Assembly (NCBI GenBank): GCA_029974275.1
Contig: JARKSN010000087.1
Span: forward strand, 1 to 28,327
Length of the DNA: 28,327 nucleotides
Origin: Candidatus Hydrogenedentota bacterium
Lineage (GTDB): Bacteria; Hydrogenedentota; Hydrogenedentia; Hydrogenedentales; SLHB01
Direction: 5' to 3'
Shown here: positions 7,067-16,347 of the stretch, one piece after another
Position numbering within the stretch: the stretch's first letter is position 1
How the letters are laid out: each line of letters begins with the position of its first letter
Position numbers and translations under genes: made by a program
The notes under the pieces: generated by a model
What the model was told of the DNA's origin: nothing
The model's database searches: none
The model's input: the letters and a program-made list of their open reading frames with translations, nothing else

Positions 7067-9382
7067 TCATTGCAACACGACGCGCCCGGTCTGTGGCATA
7101 GACGTGGACGGTGCATCGCCCAACTGTTCGCGGCGTTTTGCGAGGTCGTCGGCGGTTGCGCCGCGTCGTTCGGCTTCCGCAAGGCAACTGCGCGCGACAT
7201 CGAGTCGCTTTGCCGTCAATGCCAAGTCGCATTGTTTCAACCACGGAACGGGATCGTCGGGGCGCTCATCGGCAGCCTGTCGATAGAGATCCGCCGCCAA
7301 TTGCGGTTGGTGGAACTCGACCGCCGCATCGCCCAACACGACGAGGGGGTGTGCTACGCCGGCCGCCACGGCTCCCGGACTCTCCAGATACGCCTGCGCC
7401 TCCTGCCACATGCCTTCCGCCGCGCATTGGCGCGCGAGAAGCGTCCACGATTCAGGCGCAGCGGCGGCAGGCGCGTCGATCGACTGTTTCTGGAAACTTT
7501 CCGCCTGCCTCATCCGCGCACGAACATAGCCCAGCAGCGCCCACGCCGCTCGATTCGCCGGGTCCAATTCCATGAAATCCTGCAGCGTGAAGGCGGCCTG
7601 CATGTAGCGTCCCCGCATGGCGAGAATCTGTGCGAGAAGAAACGCTCCCTCGGGCGTCGGCGCCTTGTGTTGAAATTCGGCGAAACGTTTCTCGAGCAAC
7701 GCCACTTGTTCCGCGCGTTTGGAAAGCTGCTGCAACAGCGGCGCGTAGGGCGAGTCCTTCGCATCGCCGATGGCCTGTTTCAACAACGGCAGCGCGGCAT
7801 CGTAGTCGCCTATTTCGACAAGCGCGATCGCATACATCCCGGACGCCTCGCGCGAAATCGGGCCCAAGGACGTCGCGTATCGGTAGTAATCCATGGCGCG
7901 ATGGATATCATCGCGATGGCCCTGGGCGCGACTGCGAACCTGGTGGAGCCGCGCCAATTCGAGGGCGGCGTCTTGGTTGGACTCGTCCGATCTCAACGCG
8001 TCTTCCTGATGCGCCATGGCTTCCTCGGACTGGCCCAGCAACCGTTGCGCAGTCCCCAACGCAGAAAGCGTCCGCGACGTGCGTGCGCCGCCCTTGACCG
8101 CATCGAGCAAATGCGACTCGGCGTCGCGCAGCGTCGAAAGACGGGCGTCTTTTGCGAAATCGATATTTGGCTGATTCGCCAGTTGTTCCGCCGCCGGGCG
8201 CGCCTCTGCCAATAGCATCAACCCGATCTGCTCGTGCGCGACGGCATAATCCGGGCGCTTGTCCAGCGTATCGCTCCACAACGCCATCGGGTCTTGCCAC
8301 AGCTGATTGCGCTGAAACGTCGCCACACCCGCCGCGCCCAACAACGCCACGGCCGCAAGTCCCGCCGCCACCCGCACCGCCGCAATCTTCGGCAACGCCT
8401 GCACCGCCCACGGCAACACAAGCGCTGCGCCTGCAGACGGAAAATACGCCCCATTTTGCCGCGCGCCTTCGTCCGACAATGCCAATGCCGTTCCCGGAAA
8501 ATCTCTCACAATCGCCAGCGCATTGGATGGCGCATCCCAGTAGGAACGGAAAATATCCGCGGTAAATGCGTGCCCGGACGCCCGCCATGCCACGACGCCC
8601 GCGATCAACACGCCCCAATAGGCGACAAGTGGACGCACGCGCGACCCCAGGCCGTTCCTGCCCCAAACGACCCAGTCTACAACCGCCGCCAGAAGGGGAA
8701 ACGCCCAGGCCGCTTTCGTGCAGGCGCATGCCAAAAGAAAGCTCAACAACGATAGAACGAATCCGAGCGGCCGCAACGCCGCATTTCCGTTGTTCACGGA
8801 ATGCACATAGAGAAGAAGACTGAGCAAGACAAAAAACGTGGCCAAAACGGTCCCTCGCGGCAGAATCGCGTTGACACTCTGCGACGCAATAGGGTTGAGC
8901 ACGAACAACAGACCGGCGAGCATCGCAATGGCCTCGTGCGTCTGGCCGCGCAGCAGGCGGCGAGCAAGAAGGTAGACCAACACGCCGTTGAGAATGTGGA
9001 CAAGCGCATTGACAACGGCGAACCCTGCGGCGTTGTTGGGCGTGACGATCCAGTTCAGGCCGAAGGTCAGCGCGATCAGGCGCGACACGCCCAGCGCGGC
9101 GGCGGCGTTCCAGGCAGACGTGAAGCGGTGCGCCTCTGGGGTGTCGCGAAGAACATCGCTCACCTCTCCGATAAACAACACGCCCCACGCCGTCGAATAA
9201 ACAATCGCGCCCGCCATCGCGATCAGGAAGGCGCCTATCCACACCTGGGCTACGTCGATGCCGCGATCGCCTTTGAGGACCGGCTCAGACAGCCGTTGAT
9301 CCAGCTTTTCGTCGCCGGTGCTTTCCTCGCACGCCGGACTTTCCCTCGTTGTTTCTGGATGTGCGTTTTCGTTCACGAACAC
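7067..9382 (-). CDS. TMTC-like multi-pass membrane protein with C-terminal TPR repeats
   Basis: N-terminal TM helices with NALVHILNGVLVYLL, LFVLNPIASQSVN and TFQRNQLWQDPMALWSDTL, typical of TMTC/GT-C proteins, followed by multiple TPR-like helical repeats. Confidence 0.8.
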   Translation of the reverse strand: MFVNENAHPETTRESPACEESTGDEKLDQRLSEPVLKGDRGIDVAQVWIGAFLIAMAGAIVYSTAWGVLFIGEVSDVLRDTPEAHRFTSAWNAAAALGVSRLIALTFGLNWIVTPNNAAGFAVVNALVHILNGVLVYLLARRLLRGQTHEAIAMLAGLLFVLNPIASQSVNAILPRGTVLATFFVLLSLLLYVHSVNNGNAALRPLGFVLSLLSFLLACACTKAAWAFPLLAAVVDWVVWGRNGLGSRVRPLVAYWGVLIAGVVAWRASGHAFTADIFRSYWDAPSNALAIVRDFPGTALALSDEGARQNGAYFPSAGAALVLPWAVQALPKIAAVRVAAGLAAVALLGAAGVATFQRNQLWQDPMALWSDTLDKRPDYAVAHEQIGLMLLAEARPAAEQLANQPNIDFAKDARLSTLRDAESHLLDAVKGGARTSRTLSALGTAQRLLGQSEEAMAHQEDALRSDESNQDAALELARLHQVRSRAQGHRDDIHRAMDYYRYATSLGPISREASGMYAIALVEIGDYDAALPLLKQAIGDAKDSPYAPLLQQLSKRAEQVALLEKRFAEFQHKAPTPEGAFLLAQILAMRGRYMQAAFTLQDFMELDPANRAAWALLGYVRARMRQAESFQKQSIDAPAAAAPESWTLLARQCAAEGMWQEAQAYLESPGAVAAGVAHPLVVLGDAAVEFHQPQLAADLYRQAADERPDDPVPWLKQCDLALTAKRLDVARSCLAEAERRGATADDLAKRREQLGDAPSTSMPQTGRVVLQ

Positions 9383-9598
9383 TCCCCCGAATCCGCTCTC
9401 TCGATCGCCCGCGGCTCACGCGCTGCGCCAGCAAGCGCCTTGATCCGTTTCTCTCCATGAAAACAGCAGCAGAGTAACATGTCGCCGTCTTCGGATAAAC
9501 AGCAGCGTATCCATCGTTCGCGGCCTGTTTTTTGGAGCCGAACGCCACTACGCGGCGCCATCTCCGCATGACTGCGTCACGGATGAATCGGTCAGGCC

Positions 9599-10828
9599 CT
9601 AGAGCGTCACGTAGCCAGGTCCGAGCGATTGCCTGGGCTTGGCGGCGAATTCGAGTTTGAGCACGCAGATTCCGGCCGCCTTGTCGGGACATGTCCTCGG
9701 AAGGCCTTTGAGGATGATGCGGTTCTTTTCCTGGATAAACGAAATCGGCTTGCCGCCGGCCAGGAACGACGCCTTCAGGAGCCTGGTGCGCATGCCGCCA
9801 ATGGCCAGTTCGGACCCGGGCCAGCGCGAACACCAATAGTAGGCAGTCTTTCCCTTAAGCGTCCAGAACCCCGTCAGCATGCCCTCGAGCGCGCCCTCCG
9901 TGCGGTCGCAGGCGCCGTACACCGCCTCGCCGTTCGCGGCCAACCATTTTCCTGTCGCGGTCAGACGTTCGATGGCCTCGGCAGGCAGGGAGCCATCGGG
10001 CAGCGGGCCGACATTCAGGAGAAGATTGCCGCCATCTCCGGTGCACTGGCGCAACATGCGCAGCACGGCGCGGGTGGAGTGCCAGTCCTCCGGCGGCGCG
10101 GGTTGCCACCCCCAGGCGCCGTTGAAAGTCATGCAGGCTTCCCATGCGCGCCCGGCCTTTTCCGCGGCGATGTTCTCCTCGGGGGTGCCAAAATCCTCAT
10201 CGAGCAAGGATCGGTTGTTGATGAGAATGTCCGGCTGGAGCGAACGCGCCATCGCGTTCATCTTCGCGCTTTCCCACTTCTCCGGCGTGTCCAACGGCCA
10301 AGCCACGTCGTACCACAGAATATCGATCTTGCCGTAGCGGGTCATGAGTTCCTGCACAAGGCCATGGGTGTAGTCGACAAAACGCCGGCGCGCCTTCTCG
10401 TCCTTCGCACAACGCGCCCCGTCGGGGTGGCGCCAATCCATCAGCGAATAATAGAAGCCCACGCGCAGTCCTTCCGCGCGGCAAGCATCGACGTATTCCG
10501 CGACCAAATCGCGCTTGGGGCCTTGTGCGGCGGCGTTGTAGTCCGTCAATTTGCTGTTCCACAGACAAAAACCTTCGTGATGCTTGGTTGTCATGACCAT
10601 GTACTTCATGCCCGCTTTCTTGGCGAGCTTGGCCCATTCCCGCGCCGGACACGGCTTTGGCTTCCAACTGGCCGCCAGCTTCTCGTACTCGGGGATCGGG
10701 ATGCGCTCCCGGTTCATGACCCACTCGTGCCGCCCCAGTTGCGAATACAGACCCCAGTGAATGAACATCCCGAACCGTGCGTCATGCCACCACTTCATCC
10801 GCTTCGCTCGTGTCTTGTCCGCGTCCAT
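9599..10828 (-). CDS. Alpha-L-fucosidase, GH29 (no signal peptide)
   Basis: WWHDARFGMFIHWG, TTKHHEGFCLW, YYSLMDW, ILWYD (nucleophile), GGNLLLNVGP and GEAVYG; GGAGG RBS. Confidence 0.93.
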   Translation of the reverse strand: MDADKTRAKRMKWWHDARFGMFIHWGLYSQLGRHEWVMNRERIPIPEYEKLAASWKPKPCPAREWAKLAKKAGMKYMVMTTKHHEGFCLWNSKLTDYNAAAQGPKRDLVAEYVDACRAEGLRVGFYYSLMDWRHPDGARCAKDEKARRRFVDYTHGLVQELMTRYGKIDILWYDVAWPLDTPEKWESAKMNAMARSLQPDILINNRSLLDEDFGTPEENIAAEKAGRAWEACMTFNGAWGWQPAPPEDWHSTRAVLRMLRQCTGDGGNLLLNVGPLPDGSLPAEAIERLTATGKWLAANGEAVYGACDRTEGALEGMLTGFWTLKGKTAYYWCSRWPGSELAIGGMRTRLLKASFLAGGKPISFIQEKNRIILKGLPRTCPDKAAGICVLKLEFAAKPRQSLGPGYVTL

Positions 10829-10965
10829 GAAATTGCCTCCCGGTGTTGCATGGATATTCTCGATGCCAGGAGTCTATAGCAAGCGCTGCGTCGATGCCAC
10901 GTCCCGTCCGTCAACCCTTTTCATCGAACGGCAATCAAGGCGTCATGGATGCGCGAAAACGGCGT

Positions 10966-10994
10966 TTGTTCTCTCCGGCGCAATCCAGTATACT
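10966..10994 (+). promoter_or_regulatory. Putative sigma70 promoter of the fluoride riboswitch/crcB operon
   Basis: TTGTTC-N17-TATACT about 10 nt upstream of the aptamer. Confidence 0.6.
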
Positions 10995-11003
10995 TTGGCC
11001 ATC

Positions 11004-11052
11004 AAGGGGATGGAGTCCCCCGTTAACCGCTGAATAGATGATGACTCCTACC
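11004..11052 (+). ncRNA. Fluoride riboswitch (crcB motif) aptamer
   Basis: GGGGATGGAGTCCCCCGTTAACCGC...GATGATGACTCCTAC: P1 GGGGA/TCCCC, pseudoknot GGAGT (11012-11016) with ACTCC (11044-11048), and AACCGC. Lies upstream of crcB. Confidence 0.92.
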
Positions 11053-11100
11053 GATTGCGTCATACATGGCGCAGGAGGCAGGGCTTCAGCGGAGGTTGCG

Positions 11101-11250
11101 ATGGACTCTATGTTGACATGTCTGCGGGGCGGAACGCCGCCCACATCCCAGGCGCCAAAACGCCCTCCGCCTTGCCGCTTCCTCTATTCCAAGAACGTGT
11201 GCGATTGGGCTCTGACGGCGTCGGCGTTGGAACTCCTTGAAGGCGCATGA
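11101..11250 (+). CDS. Possible 49-aa small ORF in the riboswitch leader
   Basis: GGAGG at 11091-11095, ATG at 11101, MDSMLTCLRGG...ELLEGA*. No recognisable family. Confidence 0.25.
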   Translation: MDSMLTCLRGGTPPTSQAPKRPPPCRFLYSKNVCDWALTASALELLEGA

Positions 11251-11287
11251 TGATGTTACGGCGGCTGGAACGTTAGGCAGGGAACAC

Positions 11288-11665
11288 ATGGAAAAATGGG
11301 CGCTGGTGCTTGCGGGCGGCGGATTGGGATCGGCTACGCGATACGGGACAACCTTGTTGGCGACTCGCTTGTGGGGCGCGGCGTTTCCCTGGGGAACGCT
11401 GATCGTGAATCTGGCCGGCTGTCTCTTGATCGGCATATCGTTCGCCTTGGCGGAACAAAAGAACATCATCGGCCCGGCGGCGCGCCTGTTTCTCATGACC
11501 GGCTTTCTCGGCGGGTTGACGACCTTCTCGTCCTACGGTCTTGAAAGCATCATCGTAGCGCGATCGGAAACGCCGTGGGTCTTCGCGGCGAATCTGGTCG
11601 CGAATAATGCCGGCGGCTTTGCCCTGGTTCTTGCGGGCATGTGGTTGGCCCGAACGTTCCTTTGA
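11288..11665 (+). CDS. crcB: Fluoride efflux channel Fluc/CrcB
   Basis: GGGLGSATRY, PWGTLIVNLAGCLLIG and TGFLGGLTTFSSY; start taken at ATG 11288. Confidence 0.95.
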   Translation: MEKWALVLAGGGLGSATRYGTTLLATRLWGAAFPWGTLIVNLAGCLLIGISFALAEQKNIIGPAARLFLMTGFLGGLTTFSSYGLESIIVARSETPWVFAANLVANNAGGFALVLAGMWLARTFL

Positions 11666-11676
11666 GGAGGTGAATC

Positions 11677-12960
11677 ATGGCGCTGTCCTACAACGTTGTC
11701 GAGATATTCACAAGCGAAGGCGCACGATGCCGCGGCAAATCCATAGTCGAGACCATCATCCAATACGTGCGGGCGCAGAAGATCGCCGCCCGCTGCATCG
11801 CAACGCGCGGCATCATGGGGTGCTACGAGAGCGGCGAAATCGCCACGCAACGCATCGTCGACATCTCCTACAACATGCCGATTAAAATCGAAGTGATTCT
11901 GCCCGCCGCCGAACTCGAACGCATCCTGCCCGGAATCGAGGACATCGTGACGGACGGCATTGTGGTAGTGGAAGACATGCAAATCCGCAGCCACCGCACA
12001 GAAAAGCGCCTTGTGCCTCGCCATCTCCTGGTGCGGGATGTCATGACCGCATCTCCCGTTGCCGTCCATCCCGCCACTCCGGTGCGCGAGATCGTCCACA
12101 TCCTTCTATCGGCACAGTACAACGGCCTTCCCGTTGTGGACGACAAGGGCCGTTCCATCGGGATTATCACGCAAGATGACCTGATTGAACGGGCCGGGAT
12201 GCCAATTAGGCTTGGCCTTCTTGGCGAGTTTGGGGCGCATCGGGTGGATGCGTGGCTCGAAACGGTTTCTCGCAAGACCGCTCAAGACACGATGACCTGT
12301 CCGGCAAAAACAATCGGCGCGGATAGGCCGCTGACCGAGGCCATAGACCTCATGCTGCGCCACAATTTGAAGCGCTTGCCGGTAGTGGAAAGCGGCGGGA
12401 AACTCGTAGGGCTTCTTGCGCGGTTTGACATTTTTCGGACCATCACCACAGAGACGCCGGACTGGGAGGCGCTGACCCGCCATAACGTGATCCTGCAAAA
12501 TGCGCGCTTCGTGCACGACGTCATGCGCAGAGATACCCATACTACTCTTCCCGACACGCCAGTCGAAGAGATTGTGAAGGTCATCGACGCGAACGACATT
12601 CAGCGCGTGGCGGTCGTAGATGCGGACGGAAAACTTCTCGGCCTCATCACGGATCGCGACCTCTTCTCCGCGTTTTCTGCCGTTCATGGCGGCCTTTGGG
12701 ATTATCTACTGAGCAAAGTAGCCTTCGGCAAGACAGCGCAAGTGCACAAAGACATTCTCCGGCATGCCCAAGCGCGCACGGCCAAGGAGATCATGAAGAC
12801 AGACCTCGTGACGGTTCGGGAAGAAGCGCCGCTCGAAGATGCCATCCAACTGATGGTCAATCACCGGTTGAAGCGCGTGCCGGTTGTGGACGCCGAAGGC
12901 CGGTTCAAAGGCATGGTGAGCAGAGACTCGCTATTGCGCGCCGGGATTGCAGAAAAGTAG
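11677..12960 (+). CDS. DUF190 (PII-like) domain fused to four CBS domains
   Basis: N-terminal IFTSEG..RGIMG...LPGIEDIVTDGIV; two CBS pairs (VRDVMT, GLPVVD, KRLPVV, RVAVVD, KRVPVVD); GAGGAGG RBS; DUF190 genes commonly follow crcB. Confidence 0.85.
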   Translation: MALSYNVVEIFTSEGARCRGKSIVETIIQYVRAQKIAARCIATRGIMGCYESGEIATQRIVDISYNMPIKIEVILPAAELERILPGIEDIVTDGIVVVEDMQIRSHRTEKRLVPRHLLVRDVMTASPVAVHPATPVREIVHILLSAQYNGLPVVDDKGRSIGIITQDDLIERAGMPIRLGLLGEFGAHRVDAWLETVSRKTAQDTMTCPAKTIGADRPLTEAIDLMLRHNLKRLPVVESGGKLVGLLARFDIFRTITTETPDWEALTRHNVILQNARFVHDVMRRDTHTTLPDTPVEEIVKVIDANDIQRVAVVDADGKLLGLITDRDLFSAFSAVHGGLWDYLLSKVAFGKTAQVHKDILRHAQARTAKEIMKTDLVTVREEAPLEDAIQLMVNHRLKRVPVVDAEGRFKGMVSRDSLLRAGIAEK

Positions 12961-13045
12961 CCGGAACCATCGCGTTCCCTCCGAGAATCTTTTTCGGCAA
13001 TTGCGCGAAAATACATGCTGAGACGCATTCATTTTGGGGGGCTCT

Positions 13046-14230
13046 ATGTTAAAGGCCGTATTCGCCCTGCCGCGCACCGTTTGGCTGATTGGCCTGATCA
13101 GCCTGGTCAATGACAGCGCAAGCGAAATGATTTATCCGCTGATTCCTCTCTACCTCTCGTCCGTCCTGATGGCGGGACCGCGCGCTTTGGGCATCATTGA
13201 AGGCATTGCGGAGGCCACGGCCAGCTTGCTCAAGCTGTTTTCGGGCGTGGTGGTCGATCGCACGCGACGATGCAAACCTTGGATTGTATTTGGCTACGGC
13301 TTGGCGGGCATCGGGCGGCCCCTCATTGCTTTCGTCGGCAGTTGGCCATGGTTGTTGGCGATTCGTTTCGCTGACCGCGTAGGCAAAGGGCTGCGTTCAT
13401 CGCCGCGCGATGCGCTACTGGCGGCCAGCGTCGCCACGGAACGACGCGGATTGGCCTTTGGTTTCCACCGGGCGATGGACAACGCCGGCGCCGTGCTAGG
13501 CCCGGTGGCGGCGGCCCTGTTGTTGAGCGCCAAGATGCCGCTCAAGGACATCTTCCTGTGGTCGGCCCTGTCGGCCGCCGTGTGCTTGGCTTTGGCCTTC
13601 TGGATTCGAGAGCCGCAAAGCGCCGATCCGCCAAAATCCAACGCGTTTGACTGGCGCCTAGGCGACATGCCGCCCGTATTCAAGCGGTATCTCGCAATAG
13701 TGGCGCTGTTCACGATGGGCAACTCCTCCAACATGTTTCTCCTGTTGCGCGCCAAGGAACTGGGCGTGCCAGAAGCCCAGATTCCTTTGCTGTGGGCGGC
13801 CGTCTCGGCGGTGGCGATGCTATTCGCCACGCCCTTATCGGCCTTGTCGGATCGAGTGGGTCGTGTGCGCCTGTTGGTTGGCGGATATATTGCGTATGGG
13901 CTGTTCTACGTCGGCTTGGGACTGATTGTTCGCGATGGCGCGTTGCTGTTTGTCTTGTTCGCATTCTACGGCCTGTTCATGGCGGCAACGGAAGGGGTGG
14001 AAAAGGCGCTGGTCGCCGACATCGCCCCCGCCGCCCGTCGCGGCACGGCATTCGGCTGGTTCAACCTTACGACGGGCGCATTCCTGTTGCCGGCATCCAT
14101 CCTGTTCGGGTGGATGTATCAGACGGCATCCCCCCTCGTTGCATTCGCGTTTTCCGGCGGGTGCGCTTTTCTCGCCGCCGCACTGCTCTGGGGGTGGGTG
14201 GGCGCGAAAAAAACCAGCGCCATGCCTTGA
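13046..14230 (+). CDS. MFS transporter
   Basis: About 12 TM helices; motif A-like GVVVDRTRR and LSDRVGRVR; DRVGKGLRSSPRDAL and GFHRAMDNAG. Confidence 0.9.
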   Translation: MLKAVFALPRTVWLIGLISLVNDSASEMIYPLIPLYLSSVLMAGPRALGIIEGIAEATASLLKLFSGVVVDRTRRCKPWIVFGYGLAGIGRPLIAFVGSWPWLLAIRFADRVGKGLRSSPRDALLAASVATERRGLAFGFHRAMDNAGAVLGPVAAALLLSAKMPLKDIFLWSALSAAVCLALAFWIREPQSADPPKSNAFDWRLGDMPPVFKRYLAIVALFTMGNSSNMFLLLRAKELGVPEAQIPLLWAAVSAVAMLFATPLSALSDRVGRVRLLVGGYIAYGLFYVGLGLIVRDGALLFVLFAFYGLFMAATEGVEKALVADIAPAARRGTAFGWFNLTTGAFLLPASILFGWMYQTASPLVAFAFSGGCAFLAAALLWGWVGAKKTSAMP

Positions 14231-14347
14231 CAGCATGGCGGCATCTCCTTACCATGAGCCAGCGAACAATCAATGCCGGACGTTTGTCGGACTGCAAACT
14301 CCCAGTTGTGCGGGGCAAGCCGCAGGGCAAAACCAAGGAGAGAAGTC

Positions 14348-15379
14348 GTGAAACGGTTCAAGTCTGCAAAGGATATCCGAGTAGGCGTGATTGGGTACGG
14401 CGGAGCGTTCAACATGGGGCGCCACCATCTGGCGGAGATGCGGCTGGCGGGAATGACGCCTGCAGCAGTGGCGGAGATCGACACGTCGCGGCTCGACGTA
14501 GCGCGCGCGGACTACCCCGGCATCGAAACCTACACGTCGGTCTCGGAAATGCTCAAAAAATCCGACGTCAACCTCGTGACCATCATCACCCCGCACAATA
14601 CCCACGCGAAACTCGCGATGCAATGCCTGAACGCGAAACGGCATGTCGTGTGCGAGAAGCCCCTGGCCATCACCACCGCCGAGTGCGACGCGATGATCGC
14701 CGCCGCCCGAAAGAACAGCGTGATGCTGTCGACGTATCACAACCGCCATTGGGACGGCTGCATTTTGCGCGCGACGGATCGCATCCGCGCGGGCGCGATC
14801 GGCAACGTGTTGCGCATTCACGCGCACATGGGGCATTACGGCAAGCCCGGAGATTGGTGGCGTTCGAGCAAGAGCGTCTCGGGCGGCATCTTGTACGATT
14901 GGGGCGTGCATTTGCTCGAATACAGCCTGCAACTCATCGACGCGCCGATCGTCGAAGTCAGCGGTTTCGCGCATTCCGGCTTTTGGGCGCCGCAAACCGC
15001 CTGGAAACAAGACACCAACGAAGACGAAGGTTTCGCCGTGGTGCGGTTCGCGACGGGGCAATATCTGACGCTATGCATATCAAGCATTGACAGCAACACG
15101 CGCCCCTTCTGGCTTGAAGTGACGGGCACGGAGGGAGCCTATTCCTTCAACGACTTCTCCTACGAATTGATTAAGCGCGTGCAGGGCGAACGTGTCTCTC
15201 TCAACGGGCAAAATCCGCCCAGCGAAGGCCACCGGCTCTACCAAAACATCGCCGACCACCTTGTCAAGGGAACGAAACTGATCATCTCGGCAGAATGGGC
15301 GCGGCGGCCCATTCACATTCTCGATCTCGCCGCGCAAAGCGCCCGCAAAGGCGCCGCGTTGAAGGCAAAACACCGTTGA
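14348..15379 (+). CDS. Gfo/Idh/MocA family oxidoreductase
   Basis: VGVIGYGG, ITPHNTH, HVVCEKP, HNRHWD and GGILYDWGVH; start moved to GTG 14348 after the AAGGAG RBS. Confidence 0.92.
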   Translation: MKRFKSAKDIRVGVIGYGGAFNMGRHHLAEMRLAGMTPAAVAEIDTSRLDVARADYPGIETYTSVSEMLKKSDVNLVTIITPHNTHAKLAMQCLNAKRHVVCEKPLAITTAECDAMIAAARKNSVMLSTYHNRHWDGCILRATDRIRAGAIGNVLRIHAHMGHYGKPGDWWRSSKSVSGGILYDWGVHLLEYSLQLIDAPIVEVSGFAHSGFWAPQTAWKQDTNEDEGFAVVRFATGQYLTLCISSIDSNTRPFWLEVTGTEGAYSFNDFSYELIKRVQGERVSLNGQNPPSEGHRLYQNIADHLVKGTKLIISAEWARRPIHILDLAAQSARKGAALKAKHR

Positions 15380-16347
15380 TCCACCCGTCCGTGCAGCAGC
15401 AGTTGCGCCGCGACGTCGAGGCCTTGGCCTTGCCGGCGGGGCGGGCCGTCGCTTCGGCGGGGCACGACGCGGCGCGGGCATACATCGTCGAACGGCTGCG
15501 GACGCTAGGCCTTTCGCCGTATCGCAACGCTTCCTTCGAATTGCCATATTCGATGGAGGGCGGCGATTTCGTCAACATCGCGGCGTGCCGCCCGGGCAAA
15601 GCCCCGGAGCTTCCGCCGCTGCTTGTCTATGCGCATTACGACACGTGCGGCGAGCAGCCGGGCGCCGACGACAACGCCGCCGCCGTGGCCATTGCCTTGT
15701 GCGTGGCTGAGCGAATGATCGCGGCGCCCGGACGCAGGAATGTCGTCTTTTGCTTCGCCGACGCCGAGGAACCGCCGCATTTTCTAACCCCTTCCATGGG
15801 CTCCATCTATTTCTACGAGCGCCAGCGGCTGACAGACTTCCATTGCGCGATCGCGATGGACCTTGTCGGGCACGACGTCCCCGTCGCGGGATTGGAGGAG
15901 GCGCTCTTTATCGCCGGCATGGAGAGCGACCCGGGACTGGAACAGGCAATCGTGCAGTGTGCGCCGCCCGCGGGATTGGATCCGCTGCCCACGCTGACGC
16001 GTTATATCGGCGATTTGAGCGATTACGCCGTCCATCGCCGCGAAAAAAAGCCCTACCTTTTTTTGACGTGCGCCCATTGGGAGCATTACCACGAACCGAC
16101 CGATACGCCGGACCTCCTTAACTACGCCAAGATGGAGGCGATCGCGACGTATCTGCTGTCCTTGTTGCATTTTCTCGACACGCAGCCCCTGGAGGGGCCC
16201 TTTGAAGGCTACGACACGACCTCCACGGAATTGGCCTTCATGCGGCGATCCGTGGGGCCGATCGTCGAGAGCTTGGGCATGCGCCTGAACGACCGATCGG
16301 ACATCGATTCCCTGGCGGCGCTCATGCTGCACGTGTTTGGACTATAG
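15376..16347 (+). CDS. M28 family metallopeptidase
   Basis: AHYDT, GADDNA, DAEEP, MDLVG, SDY and [11 protein letters not shown] 15376 overlaps the upstream TGA. Confidence 0.88.
   Translation: MIHPSVQQQLRRDVEALALPAGRAVASAGHDAARAYIVERLRTLGLSPYRNASFELPYSMEGGDFVNIAACRPGKAPELPPLLVYAHYDTCGEQPGADDNAAAVAIALCVAERMIAAPGRRNVVFCFADAEEPPHFLTPSMGSIYFYERQRLTDFHCAIAMDLVGHDVPVAGLEEALFIAGMESDPGLEQAIVQCAPPAGLDPLPTLTRYIGDLSDYAVHRREKKPYLFLTCAHWEHYHEPTDTPDLLNYAKMEAIATYLLSLLHFLDTQPLEGPFEGYDTTSTELAFMRRSVGPIVESLGMRLNDRSDIDSLAALMLHVFGL

Noticed and set aside
7049..9460. Long alternative-frame and antisense ORFs (e.g. 7049-8215, 7908-9242; likewise 9629-10879, 13792-15090, 17640-18854, 20718-21857)
   Set aside because: They overlap well-supported genes, are Arg/Gly/Ala-rich with no family motifs, and are typical shadow ORFs of GC-rich DNA.
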